A stretch of 54,161 nt of DNA from Verrucomicrobiota bacterium (GCA_039798785.1 JBDKFG010000030.1:1-54161); one strand, 5' to 3'. Shown: positions 29,007 to 39,125, counted from the first letter of the stretch. Notes: generated by a model from the letters alone, not told the origin. Numbers and translations are program-made.

Positions 29007-29504
29007 ATGAATAAAATCTTGGATGATGCCACAGTGGCTCTCATGCGTCGTGCTCAGGCTAAAGCAGCCTACGAAGCTTGCCCTGTTTTTCGGTCTGTAC
29101 TTTCCACTTGCCTCGGTGGTAATCTCGATCTCTGTGACGTGGTCGAGGAATGGCTGCGCCGTCCAATCAGCCGGTGCATGCTCTGGCATGACGGTCTCGG
29201 CAAGACGCTTCTGGTCGATGCAATTGTCAATGCCGCCGAAGGCTGCGGTATCTTCACTGATCTCAACGACAAATCGGCTTTGACTGACCCCAAGAAGATC
29301 GTGGTGAGACACACTGATAAAGGGGTTGCCTGGATCCGCCCCGGATTCTTCGAGGTCACTAAGACTTTGCCAGTTCGATTCATCCGGCCTGCTTCGATTG
29401 ACAGGCATCTCCCCTCCAAACTGTTTTTAGAGAAGGCAGGGATTCGCGCTTATCTATTCGAAGAGCCGATCCCCTATCCTGACCGCAAATCAGGGGAGGG
29501 CTGA
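29007..29504 (+). CDS. Hypothetical phage protein
   Basis: ATG 29007 with GGAG RBS; lower GC than its neighbours. Confidence 0.55.
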   Translation: MNKILDDATVALMRRAQAKAAYEACPVFRSVLSTCLGGNLDLCDVVEEWLRRPISRCMLWHDGLGKTLLVDAIVNAAEGCGIFTDLNDKSALTDPKKIVVRHTDKGVAWIRPGFFEVTKTLPVRFIRPASIDRHLPSKLFLEKAGIRAYLFEEPIPYPDRKSGEG

Positions 29505-29507
29505 GCC

Positions 29508-29774
29508 ATGAACTGCACCTGCATCCCAGACCTCGAGGCGATTCTCAGCGTCGATGCCGAAGCCGGCAAACTCCCCCGCCCCGAGGGAGCTGCTGAGCTG
29601 CTCAGCCTCGTCTGCATCAACACCGACATGGCCCTGAAGGGGAACCAGCTCGTCCAGCGCTTCGTGCTGATCTTGACCGCCACCTGGCGCCGGGATGACG
29701 GCCGTGAGGTCCCCAAGCATCACTCGGTGAAAGCCCTCTTCTGCCCGCTCTGCGGCAAGTCAACGGAGGGCTGA
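29508..29774 (+). CDS. Small Cys-containing phage protein
   Basis: MNCTC...FCPLCGK; GGAGG RBS. Confidence 0.6.
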   Translation: MNCTCIPDLEAILSVDAEAGKLPRPEGAAELLSLVCINTDMALKGNQLVQRFVLILTATWRRDDGREVPKHHSVKALFCPLCGKSTEG

Positions 29775-29934
29775 CGCCCATGCCTGACCACCGCGAATCA
29801 GGCCGCAAGGGCGGCCGGTCCACCTCCTCGAACAAACTCCGCGCCGCCCGGCTGAACGGTCAGCGGGGCGGCCTCCCCCGAGGATCCCGGACAAAACAAA
29901 AACCCAAGCCCACCACCCCACCGGAACCCACCTG

Positions 29935-32628
29935 ATGCACCACAACCACGACATGACCGCCGAGATCGTCGAGGCCTTGCGCCAGGATCCACAGCTGCAG
30001 CTGAAGTCCAAGGGCAAGATGCTCCGCGGCGGCAAGTGCCCCGCCTGCAATCAGCCGGAGCTCTTCATCGCCATCGACAAGCCCTGGCAGCTCAAGTGCG
30101 GCCGCGAGGGCAAGTGCGGCTACACCGAGTCCACCCGCGAGCGCTACGCCGATCTCTTCCAGAACATCTCCAAGCGCCACCCGCAGACGCAGCAGCGCCC
30201 GAACGCCGCGGCCGACGCCTACATGGAGCTGCAGCGCGGCTTCGATCCCAAGCTCTGCGCCGGCATGTACCGCCAGGAATGGCACCATGGCCACGCCACG
30301 GTCCGCTTCCCCATCAGCGGCGACCTCTGGTGGGAACGCATCATCGACGCCGCCGGCGTCAAAGCCGCGGGCAAGAAGGCCCACTTCCCCTTCGGGTCCA
30401 GCTTCAAGAACAAGGGCTGGGTGCCGCCCGGGCAGACCATCGAGCCCGGCGACCGCGTCTGGATCACCGAGGGCATCTTCAAGGCGCTCGGCTTCCACCA
30501 CCTGCAGATCGGCGGCAAGAGGCTGAAGACCATCTCGGCGATGAGCTGCAACAACCTCCCCTGGGACATCATCAACGCCCACGCCGGCAAGGGCGTCCGC
30601 TGGATCCTGGCCAACGACAACGAGCCTGCCGGCATCCGCTACGCGCTCAAGTTCGCCCAGGAGCTGCGCGCCATGGGCGAGGCCGTCGCCATCGCACTGC
30701 CCGAAGGCGGCAAGACGAAGGTCGACTGGGATGACCTTTGGCGCGCCGGCCGCCTCACCGAGGAGTACCTGGCGGAATCCCTCTGGCGCGGCCTGCACCA
30801 GCTCGCCGAGACGCCCTTGCTGGAGGCCTTCTGGTTCTTTGCCCGTTTCCCTCGCACCTCCCACCATGTCTTCAACCACGGCGGCGGGGTTCACTCCCTG
30901 CGGGCTCGCACCGACAAGGATGACTCGCACCGGATCAAGGTCGAGCAGCTCAGCGATCCGAAAGCCCTGCGCCGACTTTGGGCGGAAGCCGACACGGTGA
31001 GCGGAAAGGACCTCGCTGACTATGTCGGCCTCTTCCAGTCCGTCTTCAACCTGTTCCGGATCTCCAACTGCGCCCCGACCTTCCTCTACATCGAGCGGGA
31101 CGCCCTCACCGATGAGCAGCTCTACCACTTCAGCTTCCGCTTCATCTCCGGCAACGCCGAGCAGCAGGTCAGCTTTGAAGGATCTGTCTTGGAGTCGCCG
31201 GCTTCCTGGAACAAGGCACTGCTCTCCAAGACCCCCGGCGGCACCTTCGACGGCACCGCCGCCGACTGGAAGAAGATGAAGGAATCCTGGTTCGACAGCC
31301 GCATCAACTCCGTCACCACCATCCCCTTCGTCGGCTACGCCAAGGAGTTCGAGGCCTACATCTTCCCCGGCTTCGCCTACCACGGCAGCAAGCGCCTGGA
31401 GCCGAACGATCAGGGCTACATCGTCGCCGGCAAGCACCAGCTCAAGTGCTCGGCCTCCGGCGTCGATCTCAGCGCCAGCACCGAGTTCGACGGCTCCTGG
31501 CTGCCGGACTTCCGCGCCTGCTTCGGCAACAACGGCCTGGTGCTGATGGCCTGGTGGCTCGGCACCCTCTTCGCCGAGCAGATCCGCGCCACGCACAAAA
31601 GCTGGCCCTTCCTCGAGTACACCGGCGAGCCCGGCGCCGGCAAGTCCTCGCAGATCGAATTCATGTGGCGACTGGTCGGCCGTGAGGGCTACGAGGGCTT
31701 CAACCCCGCCGCGGCCTCCCATGTCGGCCGCGCCCGCAACTACCAGCAGGTCGCCAACCTCCCCGTCGTCCTCCTCGAGGGCGACGCCGGCGCCGAGAAG
31801 AAGCGCCTCGATCTCGGCGAGCTCAAGACCTTCTTCAACGGCCGCTCGATCCGTGCCATCGGCGTCGCCAAGCGGGGCGCCACCACCGATGAGCCGCCCT
31901 TCCGTGGCGCACTCCTGGTCAGCCAGAATGACACCGTCAAGGGTGAGAAGTCCGTCCTCTCCCGGATCGTCCACTGCCACGTCACCAAGGCCGGCCACAC
32001 CCGCGAGCTGGCCGCCGTGGCCCAGCGCCTGATCGGCAACCCCACCGAGAAGCTCTGCGGCTGGCTGCACCGCGTCCTCAGCATGGGCGACGAGCTCTTC
32101 GAGCACTACAAGACCGCCTACGCCGCCATCGAGGCGAAGTACGCCGTCCGCGCCCGCGGCCTGGACTCCCGCCTGATCCTCAACCACGCCCAGGTCGCCG
32201 CCTGGGTCTATCAGCTCGGCCGCGTCTTCGGCCCCGAGGTCTTCCCCGTTGAGATCTGCCGGGAGGTCGAGGAGTTCCTCTGGCAGCGCGCCCTTGCCCG
32301 CCACGACTACATCGAGGGCGACAACCCCTTCATCACCGAGTTCTGGACCCTCTTCGACTATGTCGAGAGCGAGTTCACCAAGTCCGGCCGCGACCGCGAG
32401 CCGCTCAACATCACCAAGGACCCCGGCCTGATCGCCTTCGATCTTGCCGAGGTGGTGCGCTGGATCGGCGAATTCGGCCTCAAGCGCTACTCCGTCACCG
32501 AGCTTCGCGAGCAGCTCAAGAACAGCAAGAGCCGCCCCTTCGTCAAGGTCGGCACCATCAGCAGCAACCGCGGTGGCGCCAAGCACGCCTGGGTCTTCAA
32601 GGTCCCGCAGGAGGTGAAGCATGCTTGA
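29935..32628 (+). CDS. Zn-finger-TOPRIM primase / P-loop helicase replication protein
   Basis: CPAC...CGREGKCG, WITEGIFKAL, ANDNEPAG, DWDDL, Walker A GEPGAGKS. Confidence 0.88.
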   Translation: MHHNHDMTAEIVEALRQDPQLQLKSKGKMLRGGKCPACNQPELFIAIDKPWQLKCGREGKCGYTESTRERYADLFQNISKRHPQTQQRPNAAADAYMELQRGFDPKLCAGMYRQEWHHGHATVRFPISGDLWWERIIDAAGVKAAGKKAHFPFGSSFKNKGWVPPGQTIEPGDRVWITEGIFKALGFHHLQIGGKRLKTISAMSCNNLPWDIINAHAGKGVRWILANDNEPAGIRYALKFAQELRAMGEAVAIALPEGGKTKVDWDDLWRAGRLTEEYLAESLWRGLHQLAETPLLEAFWFFARFPRTSHHVFNHGGGVHSLRARTDKDDSHRIKVEQLSDPKALRRLWAEADTVSGKDLADYVGLFQSVFNLFRISNCAPTFLYIERDALTDEQLYHFSFRFISGNAEQQVSFEGSVLESPASWNKALLSKTPGGTFDGTAADWKKMKESWFDSRINSVTTIPFVGYAKEFEAYIFPGFAYHGSKRLEPNDQGYIVAGKHQLKCSASGVDLSASTEFDGSWLPDFRACFGNNGLVLMAWWLGTLFAEQIRATHKSWPFLEYTGEPGAGKSSQIEFMWRLVGREGYEGFNPAAASHVGRARNYQQVANLPVVLLEGDAGAEKKRLDLGELKTFFNGRSIRAIGVAKRGATTDEPPFRGALLVSQNDTVKGEKSVLSRIVHCHVTKAGHTRELAAVAQRLIGNPTEKLCGWLHRVLSMGDELFEHYKTAYAAIEAKYAVRARGLDSRLILNHAQVAAWVYQLGRVFGPEVFPVEICREVEEFLWQRALARHDYIEGDNPFITEFWTLFDYVESEFTKSGRDREPLNITKDPGLIAFDLAEVVRWIGEFGLKRYSVTELREQLKNSKSRPFVKVGTISSNRGGAKHAWVFKVPQEVKHA

Positions 32629-33010
32629 ACAGGTCCACCAGCCGGCGCTGGTTCAGTTCGAGGGCATGACCCTCGGCATGCTCCGCACCCTGCTCACCAT
32701 CCGCGAGATGCCTGGCCGCACCATCGTCGAGCTCGCCGAGGAGCTGCAGGTCGATGCCAAGACCGCCCAGTTCTACTGCCGCGCACTGCGCCGCCCTTGG
32801 CGCCGCGTCTCCCTGGTGCCGCGCCCTCTGCGTCCCGATCAGTTCAAACCCTTGACGCCGGTGCTCCGCCGTACCCCGCAGCGCGATCCCGACCAGGCCC
32901 TGATCCGCTGCGAGCGCAGCCTCTTGGATCAGCGCCGCTACGAAGTCCGCCTCACACCCGCCGGCCTCGCCTTCCTCCAATCCCTCAAGGAGTCCATCCA
33001 TGAACACTGA
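32621..33010 (+). CDS. Winged-HTH (MarR-like) protein
   Basis: TIVELAEELQV...DQRRYEVRLTPAG. Confidence 0.65.
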   Translation: MLEQVHQPALVQFEGMTLGMLRTLLTIREMPGRTIVELAEELQVDAKTAQFYCRALRRPWRRVSLVPRPLRPDQFKPLTPVLRRTPQRDPDQALIRCERSLLDQRRYEVRLTPAGLAFLQSLKESIHEH

Positions 33011-33257
33011 ACCCGACACCGCCAAGTTCTTCGCCAACTTCAACTGCCCCGGCTGCGGCCGCGACCACCAAGCGCTGCAGTTGAAGGCCAGCCGCTTCGG
33101 CTTCGATCCCGCCCAGGCCGAAGCCCACGCCGTCCGCGAGGTGGTCGAGCGCCAGGCCCGCCGCTGCGGCAAGTGCAGCCGCCATCTCGCCCTGATGAAG
33201 CTGGTGCCCCACGGCGTTTTCCCCGCCAAATCCATGGGCGAGAGGGTCGGCGCATGA
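33000..33257 (+). CDS. Small zinc-finger phage protein
   Basis: CPGC and CGKC; overlaps its neighbours. Confidence 0.6.
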   Translation: MNTEPDTAKFFANFNCPGCGRDHQALQLKASRFGFDPAQAEAHAVREVVERQARRCGKCSRHLALMKLVPHGVFPAKSMGERVGA

Positions 33258-33637
33258 GCGAGCTCTCCGCCATCATCAAGTGCGAGTTCTGCTCCGCCGT
33301 GCGTGTCGTCCGCACCGCCATGAGCGCCCACAGCAGCCTCGCGGAGGCCAACCATCACCTGAACCAGAATCAAGGCGCCTGCCACTGCCTGCACGCCGCC
33401 AGAAAACAACAGGAGCAAACCATGTCTATTCACGCCCCCACCATCCGCGTCACCCCGTTTGAACCCGTTCGGATCACTGGGGACGTGCGTTGTGTCCTCT
33501 GCGCACGCATCATCCCAGAGATGAGCAAGGCCTATTCCCTGCATGGGTCGCGGCCGATTTGCCCGCCTTGCGTCAAGACTCCCAGCACCCCCACCAAACC
33601 CCTGCCCGTCATCGTCATCCCGGAGGCAGCCGTATGA
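33254..33637 (+). CDS. Cys-rich hypothetical phage protein
   Basis: ATGA overlaps at both ends; CEFC, CHC, CVLC, CPPC; internal in-frame AGGAG-ATG at 33422. Confidence 0.55.
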   Translation: MSELSAIIKCEFCSAVRVVRTAMSAHSSLAEANHHLNQNQGACHCLHAARKQQEQTMSIHAPTIRVTPFEPVRITGDVRCVLCARIIPEMSKAYSLHGSRPICPPCVKTPSTPTKPLPVIVIPEAAV

Positions 33638-34998
33638 TCCTCGCCGACAACTTCGCCGGTGGCGGCGGTGTCAGCTGCGGTATGCAGATGGCCCTCGGCC
33701 GCGGCCCGGATTACGCCGTTAACCACGACGCTGAAGCCATCGCCATGCATGAGGCCAACCACCCAGATACCAAGCATCTCCGCGAGGATGTCTTCGCGGT
33801 CGATCACCGCGAGCACTGCGACGGCAAGCCGGTGGCGCTCATGTGGTTCTCACCCGACTGCAAGCATTTCAGCAAGGCAAAGGGCGGCAAGCCGGTCAGC
33901 AAGAAGATCCGCGGCTTGGCTTGGTCAGCTGTCCGCGCCGCCGAGCAGGTCCGCCCCGCGGTCATCTGCCTTGAGAACGTCGAGGAGTTCCTCACCTGGG
34001 GGCCTCTTGGCGATGACGGCAGGCCATGCAAGCTCCGAGCCGGCGATACCTTCCGTCGCTTCTGTTCCCGCCTCAAGCGCTTGGGGTACGTCATGGAATG
34101 GAAGGTGCTCTGCGCTGCCGATTATGGGGCGCCGACCATCCGCCGCCGGTTCTTTTTGATCGCCCGCTGCGACGGACTGCCAATCGTCTGGCCAGAGCCG
34201 ACTCACCGGGACCCGCGCAAGCTTGATGATCTGTTCCTCGGCCATCTCAAGCCCTGGCGCAGCGCCGCCGAGTGTATTGACTGGTCGATTCCCTGTCCCT
34301 CGATTTTTGAGCGCAAAAGGCCCTTGGTCGATGCCACCTGCCGGCGCGTAGCCGCCGGGATCATGCGCTATGTGGTCAACAATCCCGAGCCCTTCATCAT
34401 CGCCATCGACAATCAATCAAGCGTGGGGGCTCAATGGCCCAGTTCTCTGCCGTTGACCACAATCACCTGCGAAGCTCGACACGCCTTGGTCTGTGCCTTC
34501 CTAGCCAAGCATTACACTGGCGTGGTCGGTTCTGATCTCGCTCAGCCCCTCGGCACCGTCACCACCGTAGATCATCACTCACTGGTCGCTGCGCACCTGA
34601 CCAAATTTTACGGCACCAGCACTGGCGCCGATGTCCGCGAGCCGATGCCAACGGTCACCGCCAGCGGTCAACACATCGCCGAGGTGCGGGCCTTCTTGGT
34701 CAAATACTACGGAACCGGCGTGGCCGCTGACCTCAATGAGCCCTTGGATACAGTGACCACAAAAGACCGTTTTGGCTTGGTCACCGTCCACGGCGTCGAC
34801 TACCAGATTGTCGACATCGGCCTGCGGATGCTGACTCCTCGAGAACTGGCCAGGGCACAAGGTTTCCCAGACGATTATGTGCTGACCGGCACGGCAACCA
34901 GCCAAGTGGCGCGGATTGGTAATAGTGTGCCGCCTCCCGTCGCCGCCGCGATCATCGGGGCAAACTGCCCGGCGCAGGTGCGTGAGGTGGCCGGATGA
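33634..34998 (+). CDS. DNA cytosine-5 methyltransferase
   Basis: FAGGGG (motif I), SPDC (IV), ENV (VI), RRRFF (VIII), GNSV (X). Start moved to ATG 33634. Confidence 0.93.
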   Translation: MILADNFAGGGGVSCGMQMALGRGPDYAVNHDAEAIAMHEANHPDTKHLREDVFAVDHREHCDGKPVALMWFSPDCKHFSKAKGGKPVSKKIRGLAWSAVRAAEQVRPAVICLENVEEFLTWGPLGDDGRPCKLRAGDTFRRFCSRLKRLGYVMEWKVLCAADYGAPTIRRRFFLIARCDGLPIVWPEPTHRDPRKLDDLFLGHLKPWRSAAECIDWSIPCPSIFERKRPLVDATCRRVAAGIMRYVVNNPEPFIIAIDNQSSVGAQWPSSLPLTTITCEARHALVCAFLAKHYTGVVGSDLAQPLGTVTTVDHHSLVAAHLTKFYGTSTGADVREPMPTVTASGQHIAEVRAFLVKYYGTGVAADLNEPLDTVTTKDRFGLVTVHGVDYQIVDIGLRMLTPRELARAQGFPDDYVLTGTATSQVARIGNSVPPPVAAAIIGANCPAQVREVAG

Positions 34999-35228
34999 GA
35001 CACCACTTGAAAACCCTTCCAGACGCCTGGTCAGCCGTCAACGATGGCAGTAAACGCGCTGAGCTGCGCTGGAACGACCGGAATTATCAGACCCACGATA
35101 TCCTCGCGCTTTGTGAGTGGAAGCCAGAAACTGGCTACACCCGCCGCACTTTGCAGGTCGTCGTCACTCACGTCTTTGATTGCGCGGCTATTGGCCTGCC
35201 AGGGTGGGTTCTGCTCTCCATCGACTAG
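34995..35228 (+). CDS. DUF3850/ASCH-like protein
   Basis: H.LK..P..W.AV..GSK.AELR.NDRNYQ..D.L.L.EW. Confidence 0.8.
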   Translation: MRHHLKTLPDAWSAVNDGSKRAELRWNDRNYQTHDILALCEWKPETGYTRRTLQVVVTHVFDCAAIGLPGWVLLSID

Positions 35229-35692
35229 GTCTTCTTCGCCTTCCGAAATTCCCACGGCGCCACAGGCTCCTTGTCCTTCCAAAGCCCGAGCTTCCCCGCT
35301 CGGGCTTTCTCTTGAGCCTCGGCCAAGTCCTTGGCGTCTTTTGCGTACTGCGCATAGTGCCAGGCAAAGCCGGTTTTGACCTGTTCGAGATTGACGTCGA
35401 GGGCGCCGGCAAAAACTCGGCCAATCTCCCTGCCATAGCGGTCTTTCCCGGCGACCTCGACGCGGACTTCTTTGCCTGCTACCATCCCGGCCAGTGAGTC
35501 CTTCGCCTTGTCTCCATAGGCCTGGTGACTTTCCGGCGCATCAATCCCGGCAAGCCGGATTTTGTGCTGGGTTTTTCCTGCGTCAAGCACGACAATGGTA
35601 TCGCCATCGCTGACGCGGACAACCGTGCCTTTGATCTCTTCGGCAACTGCGGTTAAGGTGAGGAGTATGCCGAGGAACAAAAGGCGGATCAT
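35225..35692 (-). CDS. Secreted thermonuclease (SNase-like)
   Basis: Signal peptide, VSDGDTI, IRLAGIDAPE, DRYGR, GLW...PWEFR. Confidence 0.92.
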   Translation of the reverse strand: MIRLLFLGILLTLTAVAEEIKGTVVRVSDGDTIVVLDAGKTQHKIRLAGIDAPESHQAYGDKAKDSLAGMVAGKEVRVEVAGKDRYGREIGRVFAGALDVNLEQVKTGFAWHYAQYAKDAKDLAEAQEKARAGKLGLWKDKEPVAPWEFRKAKKT

Positions 35693-35743
35693 TGATTTTC
35701 TCCATGCTGGCTAAATCACAAGCGCCTAATTGCTTGGTTTGTT

Positions 35744-36187
35744 TTATGGGATTGCCTGCTTGTGATCTCTTTCGAGAATCAGAAACATTAGATCGACAGA
35801 ATCGTAAAAGTAAAACATCTGAACTACCAGTAGTGCTGCCCACACAAAGAAAACGATTGAATTATTCGGCGCAATGTAACAGGCAATACAGAAGGAAGAG
35901 AAGAAGAATCCAAATTTTACGGCTCTTCTTACAGATATAAAGACTTCGTCAGCTGCACCAGCTTTTTTTAGCAGGGCCATTGATGAACTGCCTGAGGTAA
36001 GAATGATGGCTTTGATGGCAATGAGAAATCCAATAAGGATGCCGACCAATGAGATTGTCGGGCTCAGTAGATCTTTATTCTCTGGGAAGACAAGATCAAA
36101 GCACCTGGTCAAATACCAAGTGCAGAAGATGAGCAGGCAGCAGAGGATCAACCGCCTGTATTTTGTCAATTTGTTGATGGTATCCAT
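35744..36187 (-). CDS. Membrane protein, about 4 TM helices (moron)
   Basis: Four hydrophobic segments; AT-rich; overlaps the end of the upstream gene. Confidence 0.75.
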   Translation of the reverse strand: MDTINKLTKYRRLILCCLLIFCTWYLTRCFDLVFPENKDLLSPTISLVGILIGFLIAIKAIILTSGSSSMALLKKAGAADEVFISVRRAVKFGFFFSSFCIACYIAPNNSIVFFVWAALLVVQMFYFYDSVDLMFLILERDHKQAIP

Positions 36188-37101
36188 AAAATTTCTCCGT
36201 TGGTCTGAATCTCATAGAGCATAGCTCGAAATCTAGAATCTTCAACTAGAGTTTTTTTGACATAATCAACATCTACTTTTAAGTCTATTGTAATTCGTGA
36301 TCCAGTGAGCTCACCCCATGTGAGAGCGTGCTCTGGATCTTCCTTTCCGTAGACCTCTACATCAGCCCCCGCATCGTTAAGTTTTTTGGCTAATTTTTTA
36401 ATTACGCCTTTGTCTGCATCGCTTTTACATTTAATTTTTATTTCTATTGAAATCTCATCTGAAATCTTAAGATAATCCCGTGCATTAAATCCAACCGCCT
36501 TTGCGCTGGCGACCGTGTTCGCTAAGTCGTATTTAATATTTAATTTTTTTATGACTCCATTACCACTCTTTTTAGTAATATTTGAATAGAATTTTTTATT
36601 TATAATTTCAGATAAGCCGATGTTTGTATATCCAAGTTCGTGAAAGTATTTCTCTATTGTTGTAAAGCGAATGCATTCACCTCTTCCTTCTACAATTAAA
36701 CCCTTTTTCTTGCTGAATACAAAGCAGGTAGAATTACAAGGTGTTTTGCCAATATATTCGGTTGGCGTAGCTGGTACGTCATCCCTCATCTCCTCATCCC
36801 GAGAAAAGTCGAGCGCGTGGATGATTTTTACTTTCCATTCACCCCCTGACCTCATAATCAAATCAGCCCGCATACTTTTTTTATTTAACTGCTTAGTTCT
36901 ATCTTTCAGAGAGAGGGCTTCGATCGAAACAAGGGCAGCTTCTAAATCACCCGTCACATTTAAAGGAATAAACCGGCATTCAATTTGACCCAGTATAGCT
37001 GCTGCTGCCGCCGCCGCGGCTTTTGCTTGTGGGGTGGCTTGCGCTGCCAGCGTTCTGGACTTGGGTTGCGCTTTGGCGGATTTAGGTGCGTTGGCTGTCA
37101 T
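36166..37101 (-). CDS. AT-rich soluble moron protein, unknown function
   Basis: Long ORF with AT-rich codons; probable start ATG 37101 (ORF is open to 37203). Confidence 0.7.
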   Translation of the reverse strand: MTANAPKSAKAQPKSRTLAAQATPQAKAAAAAAAAILGQIECRFIPLNVTGDLEAALVSIEALSLKDRTKQLNKKSMRADLIMRSGGEWKVKIIHALDFSRDEEMRDDVPATPTEYIGKTPCNSTCFVFSKKKGLIVEGRGECIRFTTIEKYFHELGYTNIGLSEIINKKFYSNITKKSGNGVIKKLNIKYDLANTVASAKAVGFNARDYLKISDEISIEIKIKCKSDADKGVIKKLAKKLNDAGADVEVYGKEDPEHALTWGELTGSRITIDLKVDVDYVKKTLVEDSRFRAMLYEIQTNGEILWIPSTN

Positions 37102-37515
37102 TGTGTTCCCTGTGATTGTAGAAGACTTAAAGTTAAAATCGTTTTTACTTGTGCGCATAATTTTGACTCGCGACTTTCGCTCCAAATAACGCGACAAGCG
37201 CAACTAAATGAGATTTCCGGGAAAAGTTCATCCGCGCTCTGGACGCCTCCCCCAAGGGCTGCTTGCGTAGGGCTGTCGAGGGTTTGAAAGCCCGTAGCAA
37301 ACATAGGAACGCCAGCCACGACAGGCTAGTTTCCACCCAATCACCGCCATGCTGCTGGAATGTTCTTCCTGCTTTATGTCGGGGTGCCCACGATCGATAC
37401 AACAGCGGTTCGCCGTGAAGTTCGTGGGAGGTGACTGTTTGCCACCCTTTCAACACCCCGGCGCCTTCCTTTGAAAGGGAGGGCTCACGAAAGCAAACAA
37501 GCCGGAGTTTCCACC

Positions 37516-37917
37516 ATGAGCAAGAAGAAAACCCAAGCCACCCCCCAGACCCTCACCCAAGCCCCTGGCGGCCTGCGCCAGCTTCGCAGCGAGGTCCTGG
37601 AGTTCTGGTCGCACAACCTCGATCTCGTCGTCATGCGGGATGAACGCGGCCGCCGCTGGCTGGCTCTGCCGGCGGCACAAGCCGGCAAGCTCGGCGTCCT
37701 CGCCGCCCAGGAGCACGTCCTGGAGAGCTGCCCGACGATGACGGCCTACGCCAACATCTACAAAGACGCCCCCCAGGACGCCGCGGCCGAGGCTTCCGCC
37801 CGCCGCGCCTCCCGCACCCTTCTCGGCCGCTTCCTCCGCCAGCTGGAGAAGCGCTGTGACATGCACCCCGGCAACCTGCTCGCCCTGCGCCGCGAGCTGC
37901 AGCGCCTGGTCGGCTGA
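37516..37917 (+). CDS. Hypothetical phage protein
   Basis: GGAG RBS with ATG 37516; phage-like codon usage; followed by a terminator. Confidence 0.65.
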   Translation: MSKKKTQATPQTLTQAPGGLRQLRSEVLEFWSHNLDLVVMRDERGRRWLALPAAQAGKLGVLAAQEHVLESCPTMTAYANIYKDAPQDAAAEASARRASRTLLGRFLRQLEKRCDMHPGNLLALRRELQRLVG

Positions 37918-37936
37918 TCTCTCCTGTTTCGCCCTC

Positions 37937-37965
37937 AAGGCCCGCCCTCACCGGCGGGCCTTTTG
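37937..37965 (+). terminator. Intrinsic terminator
   Basis: aaggcccgcc-ctcacc-ggcgggcctt followed by T residues. Confidence 0.8.
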
Positions 37966-38072
37966 TCTTGCAGTCGCACAATCTCAAAACCCGGCAGAAT
38001 TGCTGCCCATCGCCCGCCCTTTCTGGTAAAAGCGGGGGGTGGGAGATCCCTACAAAAAACCGGAGATTCGAG

Positions 38073-39071
38073 ATGCAAATTCACTGTGGCGACTGCCTTC
38101 CCTTCATGCGTTCCATGCCCGACGCCTGCGTCGACCTGCTCCTCACCGACCCGCCTTACTTCCGCGTCAAGGCTGAGGCCTGGGATCGCCAGTGGAGCGA
38201 TGCCGACGCCTTCATCGCCTGGATCGGCGAACTCTGCCAGGAATGGCGCCGCATCCTCAAGCCCACCGGCACGCTCTTCGTCTTCGCCTCGCCGCAGATG
38301 CGTGCGCGCGTCGAGCTCGAGGTGGCGCGCCACTTCCAGGTGCTGCCGACCATCACTTGGGCCAAGCCGCAGGGGCGGCACATGGGTTGCTGCAAGGAGG
38401 ACCTCCGCAGCTTCTTCCCCCAGACCGAGGCCATCGTCTTCGCCGAGCCCTTCGGCAGCAAGAACCGGCACCAGCGCAAGATTGGCGAGAGCTGCGAGCC
38501 GGTGCGCCTCTACCTGGTCGAGGAATGGACCCGCGCCGGCCTCACCGCCAGGGATGCCAACGCCGCCACCGGCACCAGCATGGCCGGCCACTGGTTCGGT
38601 CGCTCCCAGTGGGCCTTGCCCTCGGCCGAGAACTACGCCCGCTTGCAGGCTTTCGCGGCCAAGAACGGCCGGCAAGCCCTGCAGCGCGACCACGCCTCGC
38701 TGCGGGCCGAAGTCGAGCAGCTCCGCCCCGTTCTGGCCCGTTCCCATGGTGATCTCTCCGCCGAGGCCGAGCGCAGCCGGCGTCCCTTCGCCCTGAGCAA
38801 GGCCTCGCCGCACCACACCGACGTCTGGACCTTCCCGCCGGTGCAACCCTACCCCGGCAAGCATCCCTGCGAGAAGCCTGCCGCCATGATGGAATTTATG
38901 ATCAGCACCGCCAGCCGCCCTGGCGACCTGGTGTTCGATCCCTTCATGGGTTCCGGCGCCGTCGGCGTCGCCGCGGCGAAGCTCGGCCGCCAGTTCATCG
39001 GCTGCGACCTGGATCGCCACTGGTGCGACTACGCCGGCAAGCGACTCGCCCCGCCTGCCGCCTGCGCCTGA
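38073..39071 (+). CDS. DNA amino-methyltransferase (N6A/N4C, beta class)
   Basis: GDCL, TDPPY, HPCEKP, DPFMGSG. Start moved to ATG 38073. Confidence 0.92.
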   Translation: MQIHCGDCLPFMRSMPDACVDLLLTDPPYFRVKAEAWDRQWSDADAFIAWIGELCQEWRRILKPTGTLFVFASPQMRARVELEVARHFQVLPTITWAKPQGRHMGCCKEDLRSFFPQTEAIVFAEPFGSKNRHQRKIGESCEPVRLYLVEEWTRAGLTARDANAATGTSMAGHWFGRSQWALPSAENYARLQAFAAKNGRQALQRDHASLRAEVEQLRPVLARSHGDLSAEAERSRRPFALSKASPHHTDVWTFPPVQPYPGKHPCEKPAAMMEFMISTASRPGDLVFDPFMGSGAVGVAAAKLGRQFIGCDLDRHWCDYAGKRLAPPAACA

Positions 39072-39076
39072 AGACG

Positions 39077-39108
39077 AAGAAGCCCGCCTCGAGGGAGGCG
39101 GGCTTCTT
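39077..39108. terminator. Bidirectional terminator
   Basis: aagaagcccgcctc-gagg-gaggcgggcttctt, perfect 14-bp stem between convergent genes. Confidence 0.8.
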
Positions 39109-39125
39109 GCTGCCGGCTGGGGGAT

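Noticed and set aside
29860..32622. 920-aa minus-strand ORF (also 23898-25532, 48560-50722, 50482-52605, 46506-48110 and similar)
   Set aside because: Antisense shadows of GC-rich genes with clear motifs on the opposite strand
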